Positions 42,620 to 59,444 are shown, counted from the stretch's first letter. The stretch is DNA of 64,000 nucleotides from the human T2T-CHM13v2.0 reference genome, Homo sapiens (GCF_009914755.1 NC_060928.1); one strand, 5' to 3'. Made by a program: numbers and translations. The notes: generated from the letters alone by a model not told the origin.

Positions 42620-43965
42620 AGAGGATAATCTTATAGGTGCTGAGACTATGGTTTGTAAATTTTACTTCTGCTAAAAAGAATGAAGGCTCCTGGGAGTAGT
42701 GGCTAATTCCGGGTCTGGGTTAGGAAATACATAAGATGAATCTGGAATATCTTGTTAGACCAGGTAGTAAACATATTCTCAAAGAATACTAGGATCCCAT
42801 CAAAAGGACTCAAAACCACTTAATGAGGCACCAACTGGCCAAAGCTGGGACAATTTGAGCATTGATGATGATTATAATTGTAATAGTTTGAAACACATTA
42901 AATACGTTTAAACTCGTAAATTCACAATAATGCCAAAAACAAAACAATAATAATACAAAATTCGTTGACCTTCATTGGAGAATGCTAATAAGCAACACAT
43001 TATTTTGAAAACATAATAGATGAGTAGAAGAAAAATCAAGTTTTTTAATTGATTTATTTATCTAAGCCTGCGTTTATTTTGTGAAGTGTACCATTGAGTG
43101 ACCAAATATTAGATGATGGGATAATTTTCTCTAGGGTTATTCCAGCTAATAAATGAAGAAGGCATGGAAAAAATAGAATATCACCATATTGCATTACCTA
43201 CTGAGTTAGTGGGCTTGGATGCTAATCATCAGTGGCTGCCAACACCGTGGAGTGTGATGCACTCAGGTACTACATCTCCTAATGGAAGAATGCACCATAT
43301 CCTATGAAGCAGTCTTGCCAAATTGAAAGAAACCTACATCTGATCAAGTTTCTAATTCCAACAATCAAGTCACAGGAAATACAGAGGACTGGGGAAGATG
43401 TTAAATAACACTGTGGGGATGATATCAGCAAACTCCAGACTATGGAAAACTCTATGGGAAAAATAACCAGGTTTCTTCAATAAATGAATTACAAGGAAAA
43501 AAAAAGAGATTGAGAGAAAGATTGACAGAGGTAGGAGGAATTTATAAACTAGAAAGAGACTTAAGAGACATAGCAGCCAATCACAATTATGAACTTTATT
43601 TGGATCCTGAATCAAACCAAAACTGCAATAATAAATGATGACATTTGTAAGACGATGGTGAATTTTAACACTGACTAGATATATGATGACATTAAGGTAT
43701 TGTTAATATTTTCAATATGATAATAATATAACCCTTATGTTTTCAACAACCCTTATATTTTAGAGATACATACTATTTTATTTATAGAAGAAATGCTATG
43801 ATGCTTAGTATTTACTTCAAAATAATATGGGAGTGGGAATATTATAGGAAAAATGACTGTGAGTTAATAATTGCTGAAACTGGCTGAAAGGAACATGGGG
43901 ATGCATTATACTCTTCTCTCCTCCTTTGCAGATGATTATGTTTTTCCATTATAAGAAGTTTTAAA
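42620..43965 (+). mobile_element. L1MC-like 3'UTR fragment
   Basis: atggctaattcc-like/gggtctgggttaggaaatacataagatgaatctgg; aaagagacttaagagacatagcagccaatcacaa; ccttatattttagagatacatact. Confidence 0.75.
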
Positions 43966-44875
43966 ATGAGTCCTCTAGACCTCCTAGTTGCTTGCAAAAC
44001 AAGTCCGCAGTGTTTAGCAAGTGGCTTGGGATCTGAACTAGAGTTAGAACAAAAAAAGGAGGTGCCTCTTATCATGGTGTGAAAGGCCAGAGAAGCAGAG
44101 AGGTCACTCTTGTTTGGAAAGTCTTCCCCAGGAAGACTGCTGGACGCTTTCAGGCCTCTCTGCCTTTGCTCATGCCATTTCCTCATTCTAGAATGCCACA
44201 CTCCTCCATTCTCTGCCAACCAAAAGTCTCTTCATTTTGCAGGCTCAGATTTTTCCCTGTGTTCTTCACATGTCAGCCCTACTAGTCTTTCAGCTTTTAG
44301 AGAACAGAGGTCATGTCTTAGCTTCATATCCCTTCCTCCCAGGTATGAGCACATACATGGCAAGTGCTCCATGCTTGTCAAATTGAACTGCAGAAACTGA
44401 GGCTCAAAATGTGGACTCCAAGGTCTCACAGCTAGTTAGTGAAAGAACTTAACTAAAAATCTCATGTAAACGTTAGTCCCCTGACTTCAGGAACTCCAAA
44501 GCCTCTTCAAGCTTGTTCACCAGCATTCCTTTCCTTGAGAGTTAAGATTTAAAGGCTTTATGATCTCTGAGAGAAGTAACACATTAACTTAGAGTAGCTG
44601 AAAGTTATTATCCATTACCATGTACTGGCATGTAGAAAAGCACAGGCACCAGGTGAGTGGCCTATAAGACAAATACATCTTATAGGGAAGAGGGAAGTGG
44701 GCTGGAAGCTGCAACACCACTTGGATCAGGAATCGCACAGTGAGAGTCATGGTGAATGCACTGGACACCAAAAAGACACAGAGGAAACACAGGAGAGATG
44801 ACAGGGTCCAGGAGATCCAGTTGGCCGGTTTCCTGTGATTACACATCAGCAAATGAAATTTGAAAAGGCATTATA

Positions 44876-45203
<328 letters not shown>

Positions 45204-45436
45204 TTACAGACAAGCTTGTTATATTTGGGCAATCATCATTACCTGAACATCCTTATGAAATAAAATTTCACTCCAGACAAGTGAATGCAATAGGGATTGT
45301 CTTTTAAAAGATCCACAGTTAGTTATCCAGTACTAGCCACAGGGGAGCTTTCCATAGGAAGGAGAAAACCCACGTTTCCTCTGAGAAAAAATGCATCTAT
45401 TTGTTTGGTTTTGTACTTAGTAAGAAATGGGCATGA

Positions 45437-45746
<310 letters not shown>

Positions 45747-46308
45747 TATAGGTCAGTTTTCTTATTTTAATATTGCAGTTCACTGTTTAACCTTTGAAAT
45801 GTGTTGTTAGAACATCACCTAGGCAAGGCCAATAAACATGAGTTGTCATGTTTGAAATGTGTTATAGAAGAGAGCCTAGACAAGACAGTAAACATGAGAT
45901 GGCAAACATGTCCTGTGGAAATGAAGGTGGCATCAAATAGAGGCACTTCCCTATGGCTGGCCTCTTACTCTTTTTTTTTTTTTTTTCAACATAATCTGCT
46001 TCTGCAACAGAAAAAGAGTGACAAAGAAAGGAGTTTTGTTTTGCTCTTTTGGTTTTTATGTCACCAAAAAGATACTTTTTTTCCTTTCATCTTGGAACTC
46101 TGGAAATCTTCCCTGGTGATATCAACCAAAACTAGAGGAATTTAGAAGGAAGTGTGCCCTCCTGGGTAGAAAGGGAAATATGTCTTCTCAGTTGCCCAGA
46201 AGCAAAGGTTATCAGTAAATAAGTGTCCTATCCCCAAACTGCTGTGAGCTATCTACCCCCTTGAACTATGCCAACTTGCCAAGCTTTGGATAAATATAGA
46301 TTAGCTAT

Positions 46309-46751
46309 TGTCTGGGTTTCCTGAGGCTGCCATAACAAATTACCATAAACTCGGAAAGCTTAAAACAACAGAAACATATTCTCCGACACTTCTGGAAACT
46401 GGAAGCCTGAAATCAAGGTTTCAGCAAAGCCATGCCTCCTCTGAAGCTCCAGGGGAGGATTCCTCCTTGCTTCTTCTAGCTTCCAGTGGCCCCAGGCATT
46501 CCTTGGCTTGGGGCTGCATCACTTCAATCTCCACCTCTGTCTCACATGGCCCCCTTTCCTCTGAGTCACTCTGTGTCCAAACTTCCCTCTTACAAGGACA
46601 CCAGTCATCCAGTCATATTGGATTAGGGCCCATTTTCATCTTAACCTGATTATATCTGCAAAGAGCTTATTTCCAAACAAGGTGACATTCACACGTACTA
46701 GAGGTTGTGGTTCAGCTTATCTTTTTGGGGAACATGGTTCAACTTATAGCA
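46309..46751 (-). mobile_element. MaLR solo LTR (MLT1C-like)
   Basis: gctgccataacaaattaccataaac...acaaggacaccagtcat...attggattagggccc; TSD gctat/gttat. Confidence 0.85.
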
Positions 46752-47574
46752 GTTATATTAATTTCACATCTCAATCATGTTCATGAAAGACTCCTCCCCA
46801 CAGATAAAATAAGTTATGAACTTAATTGATTATAAATTACTTTTATTCAAGATAGCATTCACTATCACATCAAGTTTTTTTTATTTGTTTCCTTATTTAT
46901 CTACGTATTTATTGCTCTTGATGAGACTGTTTAAATCAGGTGTTTCTCAATCTGTATTTTAGGCATTTGGAGGGGGATTTTTTTTTTTTTTACATGGAGA
47001 TGGCATTTCTGGTTCCTGACCACTAAATACCGATAGCACCCTGCAGGCACTGTGACAAGCAGGAACAAAGAAAATCAGGAAAAAGAAAAGGAACGGAGGA
47101 AAGGATGGAGGGAGGAAATGCCATCACACATTTCCAAACCATCTGACTCTTTGAAACCAACAGTCTAAATTGATGGGACTTTAATGTTGCTCCTTGGAGA
47201 CCAACAGAGAATGGGCTGTGTGGAGCAATAGCAGCCGTTCTGGTAACTCAGCCAGCCTGCGGCTGTCAGAGGTCTCTGGGTAATTCCAGAGCATTCTGAC
47301 TTGGACAAGGATAGTAGCAGGTATACTATGTTAGAGACAAATTTCAAAGGCACCATTTCACTTCTCCTCTGCCAGGTTCAATACTCTGTTGTTTACAACA
47401 CCGTATCATTTACATCACCACGCCTGCAGTAAAGTCAGGAAGAGTATAGAGAGATAGCAAAAAGTTGCAGGAGATGAAAATAGCCTCCTGCACTTTTTTT
47501 AGCATTGCTCATTGCAATGTAGAAATGATACTTTTCCTTTGTTTGCATGCAAGGGAGGACATGACCCACTTTCT

Positions 47575-48804
<1,230 letters not shown>

Positions 48805-51504
48805 AAAAGTATCTTCTTCTCAGTTCTGTGTAAGTATTACTGGATATGAGAACATAAGAAGTCAGATGAATCTTTCACTGAAAAACATAGAAAATGTGAC
48901 CTTGTAGGACAGTGGTTTTCTGTTAGCCAATGTGAAAAGTGTGTGTTTATGTGTGTGCATATGTAAAATGTGAATATACATATATTTGTGAGTGATATAT
49001 ATGTTTTCCTCTTTCTTTACCTGCTTCCTTCCTTACTAAAGTAATTAGAAGTCTTTAAAAGAAGGAGACCAAATAACATTGAAATAATTTCTTAAGAGAA
49101 AATTAACATTCAATAGATTAATACATTTTCTGGAGCATCTAAAATTCACTTTCCCTCCCCACAAAAGGTAAGATAGTCTATATATTGAAGAGCCATAATC
49201 ATATACATCCATTTCTTCTGATTAGTAACTACAATATTTATTAAGTAAGCATGGACGTTTATTTGGCTCTGTAGCTACCTATTTCATGTTCTTTTGGAAT
49301 CACAGCTTTCTTTATATGTCATAGTGAAAATCAATATTTGAAACTTCTTCCTCTGGAAAAACATATAATTTCCTTTATAGGAGATTTAACTACTTAAATA
49401 GTTCTGCTTATGCAGGTAAGAGAAATATTCTAAGAAAAAATGAGAGATCTGCTGTATAAAGCCTTTATTGATATGAGTTATTATTTAAGGAATAAAAAAA
49501 ATTAAAGCTCTGATGCTGCAAACAAAGCTCCTTGATGAGAACTGAGTTCATGCTGAGATAAAAAGTTACAAAGCAAGAGAACAGCCTCATTATATTTTTT
49601 AAAATTCCAGAGAAAGTCATTGTTCTGCCAAAGCAATGTGGCAAGACAGCCTGGGACCCAACATCGGTGCCCAGGAGGCTAGGAGTAAAGAGCTTTAGAA
49701 GCTTTGAATCTTTTTCTAAAACAATTAAGATTAAAGAACTTAATCAGGAAATCTGAGGTTATATAAGGGGTGAGCAGGTCAACCAGCTCATATATCTGGT
49801 TTGGGGCACATGCTTTGGATGACCAGACTTTTCCATGGAAGATTGTACTTTATGATAATTCTTCCAGAATGAAAGAACTGACAAGAAACATTAAAGTTTG
49901 AAAAGCGATCCCCACCACCACCGACATCTGAGAACATCCTGGCCTCTCCAGAGACATCTGACTGAGGGAAGCAGGTGAGCCAGCTTGGGCTGCAACCCCA
50001 GGAAGAGAAAGGGAAGTGGGTCACGCCTGGTGAAGTGGCCTATCTCTCTCTTGGCAAGTCAAGCTGACTGATTTGGAGGCTACAGACTCTACCTTGGCTG
50101 GCCTGGCCACCTCACAACCTCCTCTCCAAAGGTGACATGTACTACAGCTTAAGACATTACACGGCACCTGAAGCAAAAACTAAAAGTAGATATGGAATAA
50201 ATCTTCTGAAGCTCTAAGGCTCAATATCCACAGTAAATTATTATTAAGTTACTGAGAAGAGAACATTCACTATTTCAGCAAGAGCTACCCAGGAAGAACC
50301 AAAAGCCTTCTGAGATGGTATATGAAGGGACAGGAATTTAGGGAATAGACCCAATTTTTCTTTTACTTAATCAGCGTTGAGTTTTTGGGTTTCTAGGAGG
50401 GCATAGAAAACTTGAACTGGAGAAGCAAGGTTCATTGGCATGTGCCAGTTGATACTTCACTAAGTCTTTACTAGTAAAAATGATGACATTTATCTTCTTT
50501 CTTAAGCCATGTCTATTCTGTTCCAACTTTACCAAGAATGACAGCTAGGATTTGAAAGTGTGCCTATGTTCTTTGCTGAGGACTTACTGCAAAGTTTCTA
50601 ACAACGTAAACTTGACCTGTGTTTGACTCATAATGCCCAACAAAAAAACACTGCTGTTTTGAAATTATGGACATAGCAAAGTATAGATTGAATCTTGCTG
50701 TACACTCAGTGATTCTACCTGCTCATTTTCTTTTCACTTATGATGCTGATGGCCCATTCTAGCATCGTGCGCATCATGTTCAGAAAACACCAATCAATCC
50801 TGCACCTGTGGGAGAGCAATTTCTGCTGGTTTCAATGATAGTGGAAAAGTAACAGGTCTCAAATCCCATCAGCAATGAGAATGTTGGTCCTCTTCACCAA
50901 GGCTCCTAAATGTAGAAATTATATTGTTTATGCATTTTCTTGATCTTATTTTTATAAAAATGCATTTTTCTTAGCATCAGACTTCAGCAACACTTGATTT
51001 TTCTTTTTGATGAGGAATTTGACAGAACCTAGGCAATTAGCTGGGAGCTGTGTAAATTCAGGAAACCTGATTAACAGATCATAATTCACCTAAGAATTTA
51101 GGCTTAAGCCATGGTGGATAAAGTTTCCTTCTAAAAGTGTTTGGCAATTTGGCTTTAAAAGGAGCACTAGATTAATTCAGTCTATGCTTTCTTGCCATAT
51201 GACATCATTTCAAAATATAAATTCCATTTATATTATTGAAAATGTATAAGATATGCATAAGTTTATTTTGATTTAACAGGGAGGATAAATGAAATGTTCT
51301 GCTAATAAACATATTCCAAATAACTAAGCTTACTCTATATAATGTAGACTGCAGATTTTGAAAAATGAAAAAAAAAAAACTCATTAAAGCTATATTTAGC
51401 AGTTGTGGTAAGGTCACTGATAAGCTTCATACCTCCAGTTGTCATCTGTTAAATAAGAGGATGAAATGAGATGATCATTAGTGTCTGCTCTTCTTTATGA
51501 TCTG

Positions 51505-51693
51505 AAATGGATTCTTAACCTGAGGCCTATCTAAACATAAATGAACCACAAATGAGCATCAGGAAGCCCACAAAACACCTGAAATTGTATCAAACATTAT
51601 GTATATGTACTTATTTGCATTTTTTTCTTGGATGATCCAAAGATTTTGTCCAAGACCTGAACTTTGTGCCCCTAGTAAGGTTAAGAATATCTA
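51505..51693. mobile_element. Small hAT-Charlie MITE
   Basis: Inverted ends ttcttaacct / aggttaagaa. Confidence 0.55.
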
Positions 51694-53234
51694 ACATTCA
51701 TTCTGTGATTAATTTAACTGTTAAGTGATGTAGCCTTTCTTTCAAAATTCATAAGCCTCCTCAGGATATCTAGTACTGGCTTTAGTTTTTTGTGGCCGTA
51801 GCTTCCAACACGTCGATCACTCTTGCATGAATTCATCTCACCCTCAGATCACCCTTGAAGGCAGACATTGTCCTCTCAAGTTACAGATGAAGAAATGGAG
51901 GAGCAGAATGCTCAGGTATGTCAGTAAACATAGAAGTCAGTTATAGATGTTTTGGCTTCCTGGTCTGGTGCTTTTTCCATTACAGTCCATTATGTAGAGT
52001 ATCATAAAACTTACATTTTAATGCACAAAGCTCAGTATTTTGGAAGCTACTTATGTTTGCAAAGGTCTCCAAAGTTTAGACCTCCAAAAAAAACTAATTC
52101 AAAAGAAATCAGACTAGTAGCAAGTATGAATTTTAATTTAAAAATGGAAAATACCAGCTGAACATACAGTTCTTCAGTTTCTGCTCTCTAAATTCTAATT
52201 TTAAAAATTTATATAACACAATGTGCTTTCTTTTACAGAGCTTTCAGGTGGAACACCTGGTAGTCAGCTAATGTCCCCATTATAGAGATGACAAAAGTCA
52301 AAACTCATAGAATTGAGGTGACATGTACAAAGTCAGAGAGAAAAGTGCAGAGTTAGAACTCGATGCTGATCTCATTACTCCAAGTTTGCACTTTTTCATT
52401 GTACCCACAGCTGTCTCTGCAGTGTCCTTAGGGCATCAGGGATAGGGGAGGGGTGCATGGGCTGGGAAATATGTTGCCAGGTGAGACCATTTGTATAGAC
52501 TCATGTGTTGGAGAGGGAACTGTCTGCAAAATAAATGCCATAGTAAGATAAACTATATTCTTTGGAGTCTAGACTTGGAAGTTTTTTCTGAAAGTTCAGA
52601 ATCTTTCTCCATAGCAAGCAAAGGACAAATATATCTATGACCAGCAAGAAAACAACTGAGACTGAAATCTTCCCCAGTTGTAAATGCAGCTTACAACTTT
52701 TCACAAGAACATTTTTTGTGAACTTGCATTTCTTTTCTTCCCAGGGGAAGACATGGCCTGATTCAAAACAGGGGGACTGTGAGAGAGATTTAGCACAAGA
52801 AAGGCTATTGGTGTTCCCTATGTCTTATTGGCTTTTCGCAAATTCCCTAGAACCTGAAGCCCAGTATTTACTCTATAATCTTTTGCCAATGTTAAACCTT
52901 TTTTCTGAGTAGGTCTATGACTGATATTTTTATGATCAGGCTGTACTGCAGGCACATTAGAATGCACTGGGAGATGCATGATTTATATATTTTGATTTTG
53001 ACTTGTACAAGATTTACATCTGGGCTAAATACATAAAATAATAGAGAGTGGTTTGCCAGTATAAAGGAAAGAATCATTCAAGTTCAGCCAATCTGATTGT
53101 ATCACCACAGTGGTGGAGGAGCAGCTCAGACAAGTTCTCATTACAGATGTGCCAAGAACTTGGGTTTGGAGGCCCACCTCCCTGCTTTTGAATTACATCT
53201 CTGCCATATAGTGGGCAAGGGAAGAGGGAACTCA

Positions 53235-53450
53235 CATTTATTAAATCTAATAAGATGCCAGCCATTGTGTTAGGCACTTCACAGACATTTTAATTTCGGC
53301 TCTATATCAGCCCTGGAAAGTTGGTACTACTGGTCTCAATCTCCAGATGAGAAAACAGAGATTTAATGAGGTTTAATAATTTGTCCAAAGCCGCAGAGTT
53401 ACTGACACCCACATTTGAACTCAGGTCTTTCTGCCAATAAATTCATGTTC
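53235..53450 (-). mobile_element. MIR
   Basis: ccattgtgttaggcacttcaca...cagatgagaaaacagagatt...atttgaactcaggtct. Confidence 0.7.
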
Positions 53451-54789
53451 TTTCTATTATTCAGCACGTCTTATCTGGGCTTTAATGTCTCCATCTGTAA
53501 AATAAGATCAGTAAGCATACCTTTTAGGACTGCTGGATTACAAGAGATTAATTTACCCAGAACAATCCTAATTACAGGAGGTCTTGGATGAATAGTATTT
53601 CTCTCCCTACACTTTGTTCTGGTAATAGCTCTGATTTTGTTGTTTGATTTATTTGTTTGCTAACTTGATTGATTAGAGGTTTTTGTTCTTTTTAAAGATT
53701 TGGGCCTACCTCAGCTTTTTCTAAGATGCAGAAGCAAACAGATGATTCAATATAGAGGTGCCTATATGACATTAGAAGTCAAGGAGAACCAGAATAACAT
53801 TTTCTTCTTCTGTCATTTGTCTAGAGTAGAGAGCTGCAGGCAGGGAATTGGGGTGGTGCTGTTCTGTACCCTGGGAGAGTGTGTGGGGTTGCCAGGTGTC
53901 TTCTTAACTGTGCACCAAGACCTTTGTGAACAATTTTAATATTCCTTCCTTAAGCAGCTTCAGGGAGGGATTGAAGCTAGACAACAGCCAAGCTGCACCT
54001 TAATAGGCCTGCAGTATTCCAAATGGCCTCTCATTGCAGGCAGGTAGCCCAGAGTGCTGCCCATGCCTGGTGCATGGTAGGGAATGTGGACAGAACTTCA
54101 TGAGAATTGGTAGGGAATGGCAATATTTTCTTGCCTGTAAATGGCAGACTACTCATAGAGAGGCTTGGGAATAACTACTTATCTCAGAAATAATGATTAT
54201 TTATTTATTTATACCTTGCTCCCTGCCTGAAGGTGGTGGAGCTCTCTGCTTACAGGTAATAAATAGCATCTAAAACTGCGTGTTCCAAGAATAATGGAAA
54301 GCATCTATATAAGCCAGAGTGGTTGAAAGGGTGATGACTCTTAATCCTAGGAAGATATTTTGATATTTTTATTCAGCTAACCTTGACTCAGCACGTTCCT
54401 TGAACTAGGGATATACAAAAATAATTAAGGCACAGCCTTCATCTTTAATGTACTAACAGTCTGGTGGGGGGCCATACATGTGTACTGAGACTATAAGGCA
54501 GCCTAGTAGGCTGTGTGCTGGAGGTATGAATGGAGTATAGCAGAAACCCAAAGCAGACCGGGTAACTATTTTACTTGATGAAGAAGTAATATTTGAGTTA
54601 CTTTCTAAAGGATAAATAGGAACTTGCCAAGCAAAGAAAATGAAAAGCTGGGGGTAGAGGAGTACTCTGACAAAGCATATACAAAGGTCCAGTGTCCACA
54701 AGAAAGACCGTGAGGAATTTATGAGGCTCGACCATAAGACAGTAAGACCAGAGGCCAAGCTTGGGGCCAAAGTGAAATATCTGGTACTC

Positions 54790-54995
54790 TGAGAAATGAT
54801 AGTTAATGGGATTAAGCCCTAGCACTGCCATTTCTAGAATGTGGCTCTGAAGAACTTACTAAGTCACCCTGAATCTTGTTTTTCTCATTTGTAAAATGGG
54901 CCTAATAACAGTTCCTATCTCTGAGAGTTATGAGGATTAAGTCAAAATACCCCTTTGGACAATTCTAGCACATGGCCATGCTCAATAAATGCCAA
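54790..54995 (+). mobile_element. MIR
   Basis: tttctcatttgtaaaatgggcctaataacagttcctatctc...tgctcaataaatg. Confidence 0.7.
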
Positions 54996-55118
54996 TTCTT
55001 TGTAGTATTTTTAGTAGCAATAGTCAATTTTATGATAAAATCAATAGCACTACATAAGAACATAAATAATGTTCACATTAGGCTTCTCAAGAGTCTTTTT
55101 AAAGAAAAAGATCTAGAA

Positions 55119-55319
55119 TAGGGCTATCCAACACAAAACTCTCTGTAATGATGAAAATGTTTTCTGTCAGTGTTGTCCAACTTATTAGTCATTATCTGAC
55201 TGCTATATCAGACTACTGAGCATTCGAAATATGGCTAGTGCAATTGAGGAACTGAAATTTTCATTTTATTTAATTTAAATAGCCATGCATCTTAGTGGCT
55301 ATCGTATTAGACACTAGAG
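55119..55319. mobile_element. MER3 hAT MITE
   Basis: tctgtaatgatgaaaatgtt; ctactgagcattcgaaatatggctagtg; 8-bp TSD atctagaa / atctagat. Confidence 0.82.
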
Positions 55320-56890
55320 ATCTAGATTTATAAAATCATAAAATGTTTTATCTGTGAAAGATGTTAGAAATTGATATAAAGCTCTTATCCTCCCCCCCAT
55401 CACTATTTTACAAATATCTCTCAGAGGGAAATTGATTTGCACAGGGTCACATAACTAATGACAGACCTGGTGCTAGAACCTAGCAGCTCTTCTGGCATCC
55501 TAAGCAAAGTTCTTATTATCCTGAAGTCTGGTTAGATTATTATTTCCACCTTAGAGAGTGTCTATTGCAAATACATCGTGGGTTCTGATGTTCCACTCAG
55601 CCACCTTTCCTCCCCTCACCATGCTTATTTCTACTTCTTGTTTTAAATAATATAATATGCATGCTGCATCAAGTAAATCCCAAGTAATCCATAACTCACT
55701 GATAGATATTTTAGTTCCTGCTCATGGGAACGTTTTGTATCAGCAGCAACTCATTTAGTACAAAATTCTCAGCACCATTATTTTCATAACTAGTATTTTG
55801 TTGTTTTTGTTGTTATACTATTATTAATTTTTGTTACTTTGCCTAAGTATTAAACTTGTATCAACAAGAATATTGATCTTTTTATAGCACTTACAAAACA
55901 TAAATTCAGATTTTTCATCATTAAGAAAATAGGATGATCAAACCATTTAGCAGAGTCATCAGTTAAGAAGGATTGATCAGAGCACTATGGGAATATGGCA
56001 GAATAGGAAGTACCAGTTTCCCCATCTAAACAACAATTGCAGTTGCAGAATCTGTCTGGTCTATTTTGGAATTCTGGAATCCATTAGAATGATTGTAACT
56101 TACAGGGGAAGGATTGGTAATAGTAAATTTTGGTTAATTTCAGCTTGCAACATGGCAGCAGCTACCCATTTTCCAGCCCCATGGCAGACAGTTGTGCACG
56201 TTTCATATGTAACTTGCAGGCAGTTTGTAGGAGCCAGGGTGAGCGAAAAGAATCCTACAAAAACTGGAGATATATATTCTGATTGCTGATTGCTGTGTCT
56301 AATCTTTGAGGTGCACACATATAGGAGGAAGCCATTGTTGCACCCCTTTCTTCACGTTGCAAGCCCTTCTCCCTTTGGGTAAAGCAAGTTCCAAAAGATC
56401 TAAAGGACCAGTGCACTTTCATTTAATTTTTTCTTCTCCTCCTCCTACTTTATTTTTCTCTTCTTCCCCTTTTGGGAGACAGACATTTAAAGTCTAAGAC
56501 TTCTAAAAACAACCACATATATGGGGGCATTTGGAAAGTCACGACATATGATCAGGGAAAGGCAGTCTTAAAAACTAACCGAGAAGACCTTAAGTTTACA
56601 TGTTGGGCTGATCACCAGCACTGACACAGCCTACAGCAATTAAAAAACAAAAGCAACAATTAGCATACCCTGGGGAAGGGGAAGAATCTGATTTCCAAAA
56701 TCACTATATTATTATATTCAAAAGTCCAGTATTCAACAACAACAAAAATCACAAGACACAAAAACATAGGAAAGTATGTGTGGCCCATTCAAAGGGAAAA
56801 ATAACCCAATAGAAACATACCTAAAAAATACCCAGTGGAAGATCTACTGTACAAAAACTTTAAAACAATTGTCTTAAAGGTGCTCAAAGA

Positions 56891-57408
<518 letters not shown>

Positions 57409-59036
57409 TCAAAGAAAAGTGAGCAGAGTGTAAAGAATCTGTGGGATATCATCAAGCAGACAAATATACACGTAATGAAAGTCTCGGAAGGAGAAGAAGG
57501 AAAGAGAAAAGGGAAGCTAGATTATTCAAAGAAAAAATGACTGAAAACTTTCCAAATTTAATGAAAGACATGAATATAAACATTCAAGAAGCTCAACAAA
57601 CTGTAACTAAAATGGACTCAAAGAGACCCACACCAAAGCACATTATAATCAGACTGTTGAAAGCCAAAGACAAAGAGAGAATCTTGAAAGCAGCAAGGGA
57701 GAAGCAACTTGTCACATATAAGGGATTCTCAATAAGATTATCAGCATATTTTTCATTCTAAACTTTAGAGGCCAGAAAGCAGAGGGCTGATATATACAAA
57801 GTGCTGAAAGAAAACACACAAACAAAGCTGTCAACCAAGAATCCTATATCTGTCAAAACTGTCTTTCAAAAGAGGAGAAATTAAGACATTTCCTGAAAAA
57901 CAAAATCTGAGAAAGTATGTTACCACTAGACCTGCCCTAAAGAAATGCTAAAAGAAGTCCTTTTGGTTGAAATGAAAGAACACTAAGCAGTAATTTGAAG
58001 ACATATGAATAAATAATAAAGATCTCAATAAAGGTAAATACATGAACAGTTATAAAATCTGGTAACTTTTACACTTTGGTTTGTAACTCCACTTTATGTA
58101 TTTTATATGATTTAAGAGACTAATGCTTATTTTTAAAACTATTATCAGTTTTAAAATCAGTCTTATTTTAACTTTGGTTTTTAATTCTACATTTTGTTTT
58201 CTACATTATTTAAGAAATTAATGCATAAAAATTTGTTTATACCTTTGGACCCACAATGTGTAAAGATACAGTTCTGTAATATCAATAACTAAAAAGAGGT
58301 GGGAGTGGAGCTGTATTGGAGCAGAGTTTTTGTATGTTATTGAAGTTAAGATGTATAAATTCAAATTAGAATGTGATAACATTAGGATGTTAAATGTAAT
58401 ACCATAAGAACCACAAAGAAAATAGTTAAAGAACATACAGATACACAGAAAAAGGAGAAAATAATTAATGCATTTAACTGCAAAAAAAATCAACTAAACA
58501 GGAAGACAGCAATGTAGGAAATGAGGAACAAAAAAAGCTATAAGGAATATAGAATAGAAATAAAATGACAGAAGTAAGTCTCTTCTTATCTGAAATTATT
58601 TTAAATGTAAATGGTTTAAACTGCCCAGTCAAAAAACAGAATGAGATAATGGATTTTATAACAATGTGATCCACCTATATACTATCTACCAGAGACACTT
58701 CAGATCTAAAGACACAAATAGGTTAAAAGTGAAAACATGGAAAAAAGTATGCCATGCAAACAAGAGAGCAGGGGTGAATAGGTAGGCCAGTTAGCAAAAG
58801 AAAAATACTGTTTTATTCCATTTATTTGAGGCACCTAAAGTAGTCAAATTCATAGAAACAGAAAGTAGAATGGTGGCTGCTAAGGGTTGGGAAGAGAAAG
58901 AATGAAGAGTTATTCTTTAATGGGTGTAGAGTTTCAGTTTTGCAAAATGAAGAGTTCTGGAAATGGATGGTGGTGATGGTTGCTCAGAAATGTAAATATA
59001 CTTAATGCCACAGATCTGTACACTTAAAAACAGTTA

Positions 59037-59372
59037 ACACATCTTAAATTGTAATCCCCACATGTCAAGGCTGGGACAGGTGAAGGTAATCAGATCATGG
59101 GGGCAGTTTCCCCCACACTCTTCTCATATAAATGAGTGAGTCTCACAAGATCTGATGGTTTTATAAGCGTCTGGCATTTTCTCTGCTAGCACTCACTCCA
59201 TCCTGTCACGCTGTGAAGAAGGTGCCTGTTTCTCCTTTGCCTTCTGCTATGACTGTAAGTTTTCTGAGGCTTCCCCAGCAATGCGGATCTGTGAGTCAAT
59301 CAAACCTCTTTCCTTTATAAATTACCCAGTCTCAGATATTTCTTCATAGCAGTGTGAAAATGGACTAATACA
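59037..59372 (+). mobile_element. THE1 (C/D-like) MaLR LTR, 5' end clipped, inside the L1 3'UTR
   Basis: gagtctcacaagatctgatggttttataagcgtctggcattt...ttataaattacccagtctc...ggactaataca. Confidence 0.88.
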
Positions 59373-59444
59373 AATGGTAAATTTTATCTTACATGGATTT
59401 TACTTCAATTTTTAAAAATGTGTTATTTCTTAAAAATGTATATT

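Noticed and set aside
47101-47135. aag|gatggagggagg resembling the start of PARM1 exon 2 (GWR...)
   Set aside because: Continues as EEMPSH rather than VQSLPT, and the upstream tract is purine-rich, so it is not an acceptor.
58070-58220. Degenerate direct repeat actttggttt...atttaaga
   Set aside because: Lies in the inter-ORF spacer of an old L1 and is probably part of the element's consensus.
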